From contig CBDBOV010000001.1 of assembly GCA_965208575.1 (NCBI GenBank), positions 288,001 to 352,000 of the forward strand: a DNA stretch of 64,000 nucleotides, given 5' to 3'. Source of the stretch: Spirochaetia bacterium. Its GTDB lineage: Bacteria; Spirochaetota; Spirochaetia; SZUA-6; Bin103. The notes under the pieces are model-generated. The model did not search any database, had not been told where the DNA came from, and was given only the letters and a program-made list of their open reading frames with translations. The stretch's first letter is position 1. Every line of letters starts with the position of its first letter. Below, in pieces: positions 8,010-17,032 of the stretch. The translations under genes were made by a program, and so were the position numbers.

Positions 8010-10382
8010 TCACCGCGGCCATAGCTCCGACGGCGGGGGCATGCGGTAACCGACGCCGCGTACGTTCAACACCCAGGTCGGTGTCGAGGCGTCGTCACCG
8101 AGCTTCGCCCGCAGCTTCTTCACGAAGTTGCGTACCAGGTTGACATCGCCCGTCTCGCGGTCGCCCCAAATCTGGCGCAGCAGAGTATCGTAGGTCACGA
8201 CCCGTCCCGCTCTGCGCGACAGCGCGCTCAGCAGCTCGTACTCGGTCGCGGTCAGCACCACCTCACGCTCGCCGACCGTTACCCGCCGCTGCTCGTAGTG
8301 AATGGCGAGTTCGCCGAGCGCGAACGGCTCAGGTTCGGCGTGCCTGCGCAGCGCCGCCCGCACTCGGGCCGTCAACTCGGTCGCCGAGAACGGCTTGACG
8401 ATGTAATCCGCGGCGCCGCACTCCAGAGCACGGGCGATGGTCTCGTCACGTCCGTACCCGGAGATGAAGACGACCGGCATATCGGCGAGTTCCGGTACGG
8501 TTTCCATCAGTTCGATGCCGTCGGTCCCCGGGAGCATCAAGTCGAGCAGCACAAGTTGAGGATGCTCGGTGCGGATGATGTGCGACAGTTCGGTGTGGTC
8601 GCCGGTCACGAGCGGCGAGTAGTGCGCGGCAGTGAGCGCGTCGCGCACGTAGCGCAGCGTCTGCGGGTCGTCATCCACCACCAGGATGCGACCGGGTTCG
8701 TACGCCGCCCGAGACCGCTCCGAGCGGCGCGGATCGCCCCCTGCCTGGCGGGCGTCGACGGCGCTGTCGGCCACCGGCACGGTGAACGTGAACCGTGCGC
8801 CTTGCCCGGCACCGTCGCTCTCGGCCCAGATTCGGCCCCCGTGCGCCTCCACCAGCCCCTTGCAGATGACCAGCCCGAGGCCGGCGCCCCCCTTGTCGCG
8901 TATCCCGCCGGTCTCGGCGCCGCCGGCATCCCGTTGGAACAGTCGCGGCAGCAGCTCATGCGGCACGCCGCGGCCTTCATCCGACACCGATATGGCGATG
9001 TCGAAGCTGCGGCGCCCCGCGCTGATCCGGATCGGCGAAGACTCGGGAGAGCACCTCGCGGCGTTCGACAGGAGGTTGTTCAGCACCTGCACGATGCGTC
9101 GCCGATCGGCCATGACCCGTGGCAGGTCAAGGGGCAGGTCGATCAGCACGTTGTGCCGGCCGCCGCCGCTCAGGAACGTGTTGCGCGCGCGGTCCACCAG
9201 GTCGGCCACCTCGGATGACTCGGGCGATACCGAGAGCGTGCCCGAGTCGATGCGGCCGGCGTCGAGCAAGTCGCCGATGAGGCCGCGCATGCGTTCCGCC
9301 TGGTCATGGATGATCCGGAAGTACTCGTGGCGTTCGGCCGGGTCGAGCTCCGGCGCCGCCTCCAACAAGATGTCAACCGAGCCCTTGATGGCGGTGAGCG
9401 GTGCCCGCAACTCGTGGCTTACCATCCCGAGGAACTCGGCGCGCAGCCGTTCCAGCTCATCGAGCGGGGCCAGATCCTGCATGGTGACCACCAGCGATTC
9501 GACCGCACCATCCTCGGACTGGATCGGCGTGCAGTTGACCAGGGTCCTGACGCTGCGCCCGTCCGGAATCGAGAGCACCACCTCCTCCGCGCGCACCGTC
9601 TCGGGGTTGCTGACGAGCTGCCCTGTCAGCGGGACTTCGGCAAGCGCGATTTCGCGGCCGTCCGCGCGCCGGCAGGTGACCAACTCGAGCAGCTCTTCGA
9701 GCGGACGCCCCGGCGAGCGCAGGCCCTCCACTATGCGCCGCGCCTCGCGATTCAACGAAATCGGGGCGCCGGTTGCGGCATTCAACACCACCACGCCGAT
9801 CGGCGAGGTTTCGACCAACGCTTCCAGGTCGGCCCGCGCGCGTTGCTCGTCGCGGTGGGTGCGAGCATTGGCGATCGCCGACGTTGCCAGCGAGGCGAAC
9901 ATCACGAGTACCCTCTCGTCCTCGGTCGTGAATTCCGGTGCGCCTTCCTTGCCGGCGAGAAACAGGTTGCCGACCGGCACGCCGCGGTGCAGCATCGGCG
10001 TTGCCTGGAACGTTTTCGAGTGCATCAGGTGCGGGGAGTACCCGAGCGAGCGAACGAACGCGGGCATGTCTGACAGGCGTATCGGCCCCGGCAGGCCACG
10101 GAGGTGCTCCCAGAGCTTGGGCCCGTCCGGCCAGGCCGCGAACTCGGCGTGCTCCTCGGCGGTGAAGCCGGAGCTGACGTACTCCTGCAGCTGTCCCCGG
10201 TCGTCGTTGGTAGTGATGACGCCGTAGCGGGCGCCGGTGAGTACTCGCGCGTTGTCGACGACCTCCTGCAGGACGGTGGTCACGTCGAGGGTCGCGCTGA
10301 TGCGCAGGATCGCGGAACTGAGCGTGGAGATACGCTCGCGAAGCGTATGTAGTTCTTGGCTTGGGTCCTTGGCTTGATGCAA
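8010..10382 (-). CDS. Hybrid GAF-PAS-HisKA-HATPase-REC-wHTH protein (HK3)
   Basis: AAGGAG RBS then TTG at 10382; SHELRAPL, NNLLSNA, DEGRG, GAGLGL, LDLMLPG and NVRGVGYRM motifs. Confidence 0.9.
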   Translation of the reverse strand: MHQAKDPSQELHTLRERISTLSSAILRISATLDVTTVLQEVVDNARVLTGARYGVITTNDDRGQLQEYVSSGFTAEEHAEFAAWPDGPKLWEHLRGLPGPIRLSDMPAFVRSLGYSPHLMHSKTFQATPMLHRGVPVGNLFLAGKEGAPEFTTEDERVLVMFASLATSAIANARTHRDEQRARADLEALVETSPIGVVVLNAATGAPISLNREARRIVEGLRSPGRPLEELLELVTCRRADGREIALAEVPLTGQLVSNPETVRAEEVVLSIPDGRSVRTLVNCTPIQSEDGAVESLVVTMQDLAPLDELERLRAEFLGMVSHELRAPLTAIKGSVDILLEAAPELDPAERHEYFRIIHDQAERMRGLIGDLLDAGRIDSGTLSVSPESSEVADLVDRARNTFLSGGGRHNVLIDLPLDLPRVMADRRRIVQVLNNLLSNAARCSPESSPIRISAGRRSFDIAISVSDEGRGVPHELLPRLFQRDAGGAETGGIRDKGGAGLGLVICKGLVEAHGGRIWAESDGAGQGARFTFTVPVADSAVDARQAGGDPRRSERSRAAYEPGRILVVDDDPQTLRYVRDALTAAHYSPLVTGDHTELSHIIRTEHPQLVLLDLMLPGTDGIELMETVPELADMPVVFISGYGRDETIARALECGAADYIVKPFSATELTARVRAALRRHAEPEPFALGELAIHYEQRRVTVGEREVVLTATEYELLSALSRRAGRVVTYDTLLRQIWGDRETGDVNLVRNFVKKLRAKLGDDASTPTWVLNVRGVGYRMPPPSELWPR

Positions 10383-10767
10383 GTAGTCTCTCCTTCGGGC
10401 CTCGACCCGAGCACGCTCGGGCCTTGCACGTTTACGGAAAAAATAGCTGCCGCGGTGAAAGCGGATATACGTGAAGGCTACTATCAATCCCCGATAGATG
10501 CTACCACGGAGTCACGAGCAGCCACGAGCAGCATCGACGGCTGCGTGCGGGCGCCGTCCATCGAGGCCGCTGCGACCGTGGAACGACGTACCCGAGATCG
10601 GCGAGTCGGTGCGCATGGCACGGGTGCGCCCAAAGGGGGACGCCGCCCACCAGGTCGCGGGCACGCCCCACCGGCGCGGCGCTCACGGCCCGGGGTGGCC
10701 GCGGCAGAGCCATGCCCGGCGTCCGCGTTCTGACGCCGCGCCGGCGACCGCATGCGCCTCGCACTCA

Positions 10768-10789
10768 AAAAGACACTGAAAAGACACTG
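10768..10789. promoter_or_regulatory. Perfect 11-bp tandem direct repeat AAAAGACACTG x2, candidate OmpR/PhoB-type binding site
   Basis: Read directly in the divergent HK3/GNAT intergenic region; the 11-bp period is typical of wHTH response-regulator boxes. Confidence 0.45.
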
Positions 10790-11162
10790 CCGGGCTTCGC
10801 TCGTCCATGTTCTGGTCACTAAAGAAGCTACAGCGCCGCCGCGGAGGCGCCGATGATGAAAGAAGGGCGGGCGCGCATGCCGCGACATGCAGCGAAACTG
10901 ACCGGGGAGCTATCCGATCCCACAACGCGGCGCGCGCCCGCCCCATTTCTCGCCGGAGCATCCGCCGTCGGGCCCGAGCCGGTTGCCATCGGGAGCGGGA
11001 CAGGCCACCGGTCGAAACCGGGCGGCCCGCGGCATGGATGGTGGGAGCCGCCTCGGCTACGCGCCGCCGCGCTCGTCGCCCGGTCACGCGGGCAGGACGT
11101 GAACGTGGACCTGCGCATCGCGCGCTGCCGCTCTGTTGTTCATGTTGGCACGAGCCCGTACC

Positions 11163-12329
11163 ATGCAGGTTACCGTGAGCGCAGCGTGCACGACCTCGAA
11201 CAGTGCCATTACCGTGCGCCCGGCTCGCTCGGCGGCCGACCGGAGGCGCTTCATCCGCTTTCCGTGGAGGGTGTACCGCGACATCGATGCCTGGGTGCCG
11301 CCGCTGATCAGCGACTTCAAGAAGAAGCTGGACACCGTGCGCAACCCGTTCTACGAGCACGCCGAGATCGAGCTGTTCCTGGCGTGGCGCAACGGCGCTC
11401 CGGCGGGCACGGTGGCGGCGATCATCGACTACCACTACAACAACTTTCACGACGAGCGCACCGGGTTCTTCGGGTTCTTCGAGGCGGTGAACGACGACGC
11501 GGTGGCGGGGGCGCTGATCGACGCGGCGGCGGAGTGGGTGGCAGCGCGCGGCATGGAGCGGCTGCGCGGCCCCGTCAACCCGTCGACCGCGGAGTCGATG
11601 GGCATCCTGCTGGACGCCTACGACCGGCCGCCCGCCATCATGATGGCCTACAACCCGCCCTACTACCCGCGCCTGCTGGAGAGTGCCGGGCTGAGCAAGG
11701 CCAAGGACATGGTGGCGCTGTACATGGCGGAGGCCCAGACGCCGGTGGCGCCGAGGGTGGCCCGCGTGGCGCAACTGGTGCGCCGCCGTCACAACGTGAC
11801 CATCCGCAGCGCGGACCTCAAGCAGATTGACCGCGAGATGGCGCTGGTCAAGCTGATCTACAACGACGCCTGGACGAAGAACTGGGGGTTCGTGCCGTTC
11901 ACCGACGCCGAGATCGACTACGCCGCCGACGACCTGAAGATGGTGCTGGATCCTGACCTGGCGTTCTTCGCCTTCGTGGACGGCGAGCCGGCCGGTTTCT
12001 CGCTGGCGGTGCCCGACTTCAACCAGGTGCTGCGGCGCATGAACGGGCGGTTGTTTCCAGCCGGCGTGTTCAAGGTGCTCTGGTACAAGCGCCGGATCGA
12101 CCTGCTGCGGGTGGTGCTGGCCGGGGTGCGCCACCGGTATCGCAACCTGGGTCTGGATGCGGTGTTCTACTACGAGACCTACACGCGCGGCACCGCCAAG
12201 GGGTTCAACCAGGGCGAGTTCTCGTGGGTGCTGGAGGACAATGTCGCAATGCGCACCACGCTGGAGAAGATGGGTGCGCGCGTCTACAAGCGCTATCGCA
12301 TGTACGACAGGCCGGTGCGCAGATCGTGA
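11163..12329 (+). CDS. GNAT-fold N-acetyltransferase (YghO-like)
   Basis: RRFIRFPWRVY...WVPPL...FGFFEA...RGPVNPS...YNPPYY...SWVLEDN...YKRYRMY pattern. Confidence 0.8.
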   Translation: MQVTVSAACTTSNSAITVRPARSAADRRRFIRFPWRVYRDIDAWVPPLISDFKKKLDTVRNPFYEHAEIELFLAWRNGAPAGTVAAIIDYHYNNFHDERTGFFGFFEAVNDDAVAGALIDAAAEWVAARGMERLRGPVNPSTAESMGILLDAYDRPPAIMMAYNPPYYPRLLESAGLSKAKDMVALYMAEAQTPVAPRVARVAQLVRRRHNVTIRSADLKQIDREMALVKLIYNDAWTKNWGFVPFTDAEIDYAADDLKMVLDPDLAFFAFVDGEPAGFSLAVPDFNQVLRRMNGRLFPAGVFKVLWYKRRIDLLRVVLAGVRHRYRNLGLDAVFYYETYTRGTAKGFNQGEFSWVLEDNVAMRTTLEKMGARVYKRYRMYDRPVRRS

Positions 12330-12330
12330 A

Positions 12331-14733
12331 TCAGCGCGCCCTCGCCGGCGGCGCGGGTGCGGCGGCCACGGCGAGGCCGGCGCCGTCCACCCGCACCTCG
12401 ACCAGCAGGGTGCCGCGCACCGGGCCGTCGAGCAGCAGGTCGGTGACGCGGTCGGCCACCTCGCGCTGGAACAGGCGGGCGAGGGGGCGGGCGCCGTAGC
12501 GCGGCTCGTAGCCGCGTTCGCCGAGCCACTGCGCCGCCGCCTCGCTGAGCCGCACCTGGGCGCGGCTGCCGCGGCCCGCTGTGGAGCGGAGCTTGTCGTT
12601 GAGGCGGTCGAGGTGGGTCGCCACGATGCGCCGCACGCTGTCCGGCTGCAGCGGCTGGAAGGTGACGATGGCGTCGAGCCGGTTGATGAACTCGGGGCGG
12701 AACAGGCGCCTGGCGGCGGCCTCGGCGGCCGAGGTGGGCACCGGTGCCGTGCCGTCGTCGAAGCCGATGCCCCGCGCACTCATCTCCTCGCCGCCGGCGT
12801 TGGAGGTCATCGCCAGCACGGTGTGATGGAAATCGGCGCGCCGGCCGTTGCCGTCGGTCAGGGTGGCGTGGTCCATGATCTGCAGCAGCAGGTCGAACAG
12901 GTCGGGATGCGCCTTCTCGATCTCGTCGAGCAGCACCACGGAGTAGGGCGCCTTGATCACGGCGTCGGTGAGATAGCCGCCCTCGTCGTAGCCCACGTAG
13001 CCGGGCGGCGCGCCGATCAGCCGCGAGACGGTGTGCCTCTCCTGGTACTCGCTCATGTCGACGCGGATCAGCTCCACGCCGAGGATGTCGGCGAGCTGGC
13101 GGGTCAGCTCGGTCTTGCCGACGCCGGTGGGGCCGGTGAGCAGAAAGGCGCCGATCGGCTTGTCGGCGTCGCCGAGCCCGGCGCGGTTGCGCTTGATGGC
13201 GCGCGCGATGCGGTCGATCGCCTCGTCCTGGCCGAACACCCGCTGCCGCAGCCGCTCGGGTAGGTCGCGCAGCGCCTGCCGCCCGCCGCCCGACACCGCC
13301 GCCACCGGCCGCCCGCTCATGCCGGCCACCACCGCGGCGATCTCGGTGCGCGTGATGAGGTGGCGCCGGCCCGTTCGACCTGGTGGAGCGCCCGTGGACG
13401 ACGTGCCCCCGGTGTTGCCGGCGGATGTGCGGGCGCCAGGGGCGCCAGCCGTATCGGCACCGGCGCCGTCGGCGCCCGACTCCTCGTGCGCCGCGGCGCG
13501 CAGCTTGTGGCGCGAGCCGGCCTCGTCGATTACGTCGATCGCCTTGTCGGGCAGGCGCCGGTCGTGGATGTGCACCGCCGCCAGTTCGGCCGCGCTGCCG
13601 AGCGCCGCGTCGCTGTAGCGCACGCCGTGAAAGCTCTGGTAGCGCTCGCGCAGGCCGCGCAGGATCAGCACCGTGTCCGCCACCGACGGCTCGGCCACCA
13701 CGATCTTCTGAAAGCGCCGCGACAGCGCGTGGTCCTTCTCGAAGTGGCGGCGGTACTCCTCGTAGGTGGTGGAGCCGATACAGCGCAACTCGCCGCCGCC
13801 GAGCACCGGCTTGAGGATGTTGGAGGCGTCCATGGAGCCGCCGGAGGTGGCGCCGGCGCCGACGATGGTGTGGATTTCGTCGATGAACAGGATGGTGCCG
13901 GGTTGTTCGCGCAGGGCGCCGATCACCCCCTTGAGCCGCTCCTCGAAGTCACCGCGGAACTTGGTGCCGGCGAGCAGCGCCCCGAGGTCGAGGCTGACGA
14001 TGCGAGCGTCGCGGAACGCCGGCGGTACCTTGCGGTCGGCGATGTGCAGCGCGATTCCTTCCACGATGGCGGTCTTGCCGACGCCGGCGTCGCCGACCAG
14101 CACCGGGCTGTTCTTCTGCCGCCGGCCGAGAATCTGCAGGGCGCGTTCGATCTCCCGGCCGCGTCCGATCAGGGGGTCGATGGCGCCCGCGGCGGCGCGT
14201 TCGGTGAGGTCGGTGGTGTAGCGCTGCAGGAGCCCGGCCGCGGTGTCGCCCTTGGTCCCGGTGCGTTCGGGTGTGCCGCGGTCGCCGGCGTCCGCGCCGG
14301 CCATCTCCGGTCCGCCGTGCGAGATGACCTCCATCACGTCGACGCGCGAGATGCCCTGTTCCTGCAGGAAGAAGGCGGCGTGCGAGTCGGCCTCCAGCAG
14401 CAGCCCGGCCAGCACGTCTCCGGCGCCGGCCTGCTCGCGCTCGGCGCCGCGCGCCTGCAGCACCACGCGCTGCAGCATGCGGCGCACGGTGCGGGTCATG
14501 TCCAGCTCGTAGGGGGTCTGACCCGGCACCGACTGCAGATGGTCGCGAAAGAACGCCTCCAGCCGCGTGCGCAACTCGTGGGCCTCGCCGCCGCAGGCGG
14601 CGATAATCGCCGCGCAGTCGTCGTTGTGCAGCAGCGCGTACAACAGGTGTTCCAGGGTCACGAACTCGTGCCGGCGAATCTCGGCCTCCCGAAACGCCGC
14701 CGCCACCGACAGTTCAACGTCGCGGCTGAGCAC
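12331..14733 (-). CDS. clpA: ATP-dependent Clp protease ATP-binding subunit ClpA
   Basis: Clp N-domain; two AAA+ modules (GDAGVGKT, GPTGVGKT; FIDEIH, LLDEIEK); no ClpB coiled-coil; start overlaps the clpS stop. Confidence 0.93.
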   Translation of the reverse strand: MLSRDVELSVAAAFREAEIRRHEFVTLEHLLYALLHNDDCAAIIAACGGEAHELRTRLEAFFRDHLQSVPGQTPYELDMTRTVRRMLQRVVLQARGAEREQAGAGDVLAGLLLEADSHAAFFLQEQGISRVDVMEVISHGGPEMAGADAGDRGTPERTGTKGDTAAGLLQRYTTDLTERAAAGAIDPLIGRGREIERALQILGRRQKNSPVLVGDAGVGKTAIVEGIALHIADRKVPPAFRDARIVSLDLGALLAGTKFRGDFEERLKGVIGALREQPGTILFIDEIHTIVGAGATSGGSMDASNILKPVLGGGELRCIGSTTYEEYRRHFEKDHALSRRFQKIVVAEPSVADTVLILRGLRERYQSFHGVRYSDAALGSAAELAAVHIHDRRLPDKAIDVIDEAGSRHKLRAAAHEESGADGAGADTAGAPGARTSAGNTGGTSSTGAPPGRTGRRHLITRTEIAAVVAGMSGRPVAAVSGGGRQALRDLPERLRQRVFGQDEAIDRIARAIKRNRAGLGDADKPIGAFLLTGPTGVGKTELTRQLADILGVELIRVDMSEYQERHTVSRLIGAPPGYVGYDEGGYLTDAVIKAPYSVVLLDEIEKAHPDLFDLLLQIMDHATLTDGNGRRADFHHTVLAMTSNAGGEEMSARGIGFDDGTAPVPTSAAEAAARRLFRPEFINRLDAIVTFQPLQPDSVRRIVATHLDRLNDKLRSTAGRGSRAQVRLSEAAAQWLGERGYEPRYGARPLARLFQREVADRVTDLLLDGPVRGTLLVEVRVDGAGLAVAAAPAPPARAR

Positions 14734-15056
14734 TACGGCGCCTCCTGAATGGAGCAGCGCAGCGGAAACTCGTTCTTGCGCGCCAGTCGATGCACCTGTT
14801 CCACCTTCATCTCCGCCACCTCGCGGGTATACACGCCGCAGCGCCCGGCGCCGTGGCGATGGATGGCCAGCATGATGCGGGTCGCCTCCGAGGGAGGCTT
14901 GTAGAAGATACTCTCCAGGATGCTGACCACGAAGTCCATGGTGGTGTAGTGGTCGTTGTGCATCAGCACCTCGTAGCGCGGCGGCTCGCGCACCTCCTCG
15001 TCGCTGTCGGGAAGGTCGGCCAGGTCGGGCGCCGGCGGCGTGGCCTGCTCCGCCAT
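14733..15056 (-). CDS. clpS: Clp protease adaptor ClpS
   Basis: EPPRYEVLMHNDHYTTMDFVV...MLAIHRHG...CGVYTREVAEMKV...FPLRC; start ATG 15056 (15113 possible). Confidence 0.95.
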   Translation of the reverse strand: MAEQATPPAPDLADLPDSDEEVREPPRYEVLMHNDHYTTMDFVVSILESIFYKPPSEATRIMLAIHRHGAGRCGVYTREVAEMKVEQVHRLARKNEFPLRCSIQEAP

Positions 15057-15109
15057 GAACGCGTGCAGCGCCGAGCGGGCTGCAAACAGGTGCCGTCCAT
15101 GCGCGTTCG

Positions 15110-16201
15110 TCATGTGTCGCTCTCCGGGAACAGCGGCAACTGGCGCGGATCGCCGGCCGGGCGCCGGAACAGGTCGGTGCGCAGGTCGACGCGGCCGCTG
15201 TTGAGTCCGGCGCGGCGGCAGGCGCCCGTGAACATCTGTTCGATCAGGTCGGCGAACGCTCCGGAGCCGCGCATGCGCGCGCCGAAGCGCGCCTCGTACA
15301 GCGTGCCGCCGCGCAGGTCGCGGATGCGTGCCAGCACCTTGCGCGCGTGGTTGGGACGATGCTCCTCCAGCCAGGCGGTGAACAGCGGCGCCACCGCATG
15401 GGGCAGGCGCAGCGTGACGTAGCCGGCATGGGTGGCGCCCGCTTCGCGCGCGGCGGCGAGGATGGCCGGTATCTCGTGGTCGGTGAGGCCGGGAATGACC
15501 GGCGCCACGAGTGCGATGACCGGGATGCCGGCGTCCGCCAGCCGCCGCACCGCATGCAGGCGCCGCTCGGGGGTGCTGGTGCGCGGCTCCATGGCCCTGC
15601 TCAGCGCGTGATCGATGGTAGGCAGGGAGATGCACACCGCCGCCATGCGCTGCCGCGCCAGCTTCGCGAGCAGGTCCAGGTCGCGCGTTACCAGGAAGTT
15701 CTTGGTGATGACGATTACCGGATTGCGCGCCTCGCACAGCACCTCCAGGCAGGAGCGGGTGATGCCCAGCCGGCGCTCGATCGGCTGGTAGGGATCGGTG
15801 ACGCCGCTCAGGCCAAGCGTCTGCGGGCGCCAGCCGGGCCGGCCCAGCTCCGCGCGCAGCAGGGCGGCGGCGTCTTCCTTGACCACGATGCGGGTCTCGA
15901 AGTCGAGCCCCGCGGACATGCCCAGGTATTCGTGGGTGGGCCGCGCGAAGCAGTAGGAGCAGCCGTGCTCGCAGCCTCGGTACGGGTTGATGGAGGCGTC
16001 GAAGCGGACGTCGGGGCTGTCGTTGTAGGTGATGATGGTGCGCGAAGTGTCGCGCAGCAGCTCGGTGCGCGGGCGCTCGGGCGCCTCGCCGGCGTCATGC
16101 TGCGCCTGCAGGGCGTCCGGATCGGGCACGTGATCGATGCCGTCGAAGCGGTTGCCGGGGTTTGCCACCGCCCCGCGCCCGCGCACCACGCGCCGGCTCA
16201 C
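15110..16201 (-). CDS. PA0069/Rv2578c-family radical SAM protein
   Basis: RGRGA..NP.NRF N-terminus; SINPYRGCEHGCSYCFARPTH (CxxxCxxC); TDPYQP. Confidence 0.9.
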   Translation of the reverse strand: MSRRVVRGRGAVANPGNRFDGIDHVPDPDALQAQHDAGEAPERPRTELLRDTSRTIITYNDSPDVRFDASINPYRGCEHGCSYCFARPTHEYLGMSAGLDFETRIVVKEDAAALLRAELGRPGWRPQTLGLSGVTDPYQPIERRLGITRSCLEVLCEARNPVIVITKNFLVTRDLDLLAKLARQRMAAVCISLPTIDHALSRAMEPRTSTPERRLHAVRRLADAGIPVIALVAPVIPGLTDHEIPAILAAAREAGATHAGYVTLRLPHAVAPLFTAWLEEHRPNHARKVLARIRDLRGGTLYEARFGARMRGSGAFADLIEQMFTGACRRAGLNSGRVDLRTDLFRRPAGDPRQLPLFPESDT

Positions 16202-17013
16202 GGCTGCACCTCGCCGCGCTCGGTGGCGGGCGCGGGCGGTCCGGTACCGGACGCCTCCCGCAGCCGGGCGACGGACCCACCCCGCGGCGCCGGCGTGCGG
16301 CCGGCAACCGCGTGCTCCCGGCGCGCCGCCACGGTTGCGGCTAGCTGCTCGACCGCGCGCCAGTAGGTGTCGTGCTCCGCCGCCAGCACCCGGCGCGCCA
16401 GCGTCTCCGCGGAATCCTCCGCGCGTACCGGCACCCGGCGCTGCAGGACGATCGCGCCGCCGTCGTATGCTTCGTCCACCAGGTGCACGGTAACGCCGGT
16501 TTCCCGCTCGCCCGCGGCCAGCACCGCGCGGTGCGGCGCCATGCCATACATGCCGCGCCCACCGTGGCGCGGCAGCAGCGCCGGATGGATGTTCAGGATC
16601 CGTCCCCGCCAGCGGCGCACGATTTCCGCGGGCAGCAGCTTCATGTAGCCGGCAAGCACGATCAACTGCGTGCCGTGCAGGGAGAGGACTTCCAGCAGGC
16701 GCGCGAGGTAGGCGGCGCGGCTCGGATGGGTGCGGCGCGACACGTGGTAGGCCGGCACGCCGCGCGCGCGGGCCAGCCTCATGACGGGGGCGCCGCTGTT
16801 GTTGCCGACCAGGCAGCGGAAGTGCGGCCGCACCGCGCCGCGGTACCGGTGGTCGAGCAGGGCGGCGGCGTTGCTGCCGGTGCCGGAGGCGAACAACGCC
16901 ACCGCCACCGCGGCGCCGCCCGGTTGCGCCGCCACCTCAGCAGCCGGCGGCGGACCCGGCGTCACACCGACGGCGACGCTCGGACGCTCGAATGCAGCCG
17001 GAGTTTTCGCCAC
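16198..17013 (-). CDS. purN: Phosphoribosylglycinamide formyltransferase (true start probably downstream of 17013)
   Basis: FASGTGSN, LAGYMKLL, LNIHPALLP, ETGVTVHLVDEAYDGG. The ORF-track start lies inside a dispersed repeat. Confidence 0.92.
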   Translation of the reverse strand: MAKTPAAFERPSVAVGVTPGPPPAAEVAAQPGGAAVAVALFASGTGSNAAALLDHRYRGAVRPHFRCLVGNNSGAPVMRLARARGVPAYHVSRRTHPSRAAYLARLLEVLSLHGTQLIVLAGYMKLLPAEIVRRWRGRILNIHPALLPRHGGRGMYGMAPHRAVLAAGERETGVTVHLVDEAYDGGAIVLQRRVPVRAEDSAETLARRVLAAEHDTYWRAVEQLAATVAARREHAVAGRTPAPRGGSVARLREASGTGPPAPATERGEVQP

Positions 17014-17022
17014 GGGCTGCCA
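16986..17022. repeat. Dispersed MITE-like repeat, copy a
   Basis: GCTCGAATGCAGCCGGAGTTTTCGCCACGGGCTGCCA, matching copies at 27.8, 34.5 and 47.2 kb. Confidence 0.7.
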
Positions 17023-17032
17023 AGCCGCCGCC

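Noticed and set aside
13360-13500. Ala/Gly/Thr-rich insertion in ClpA as an intein or novel domain
   Set aside because: A short low-complexity linker at the variable position between the AAA modules, with no splicing motifs.
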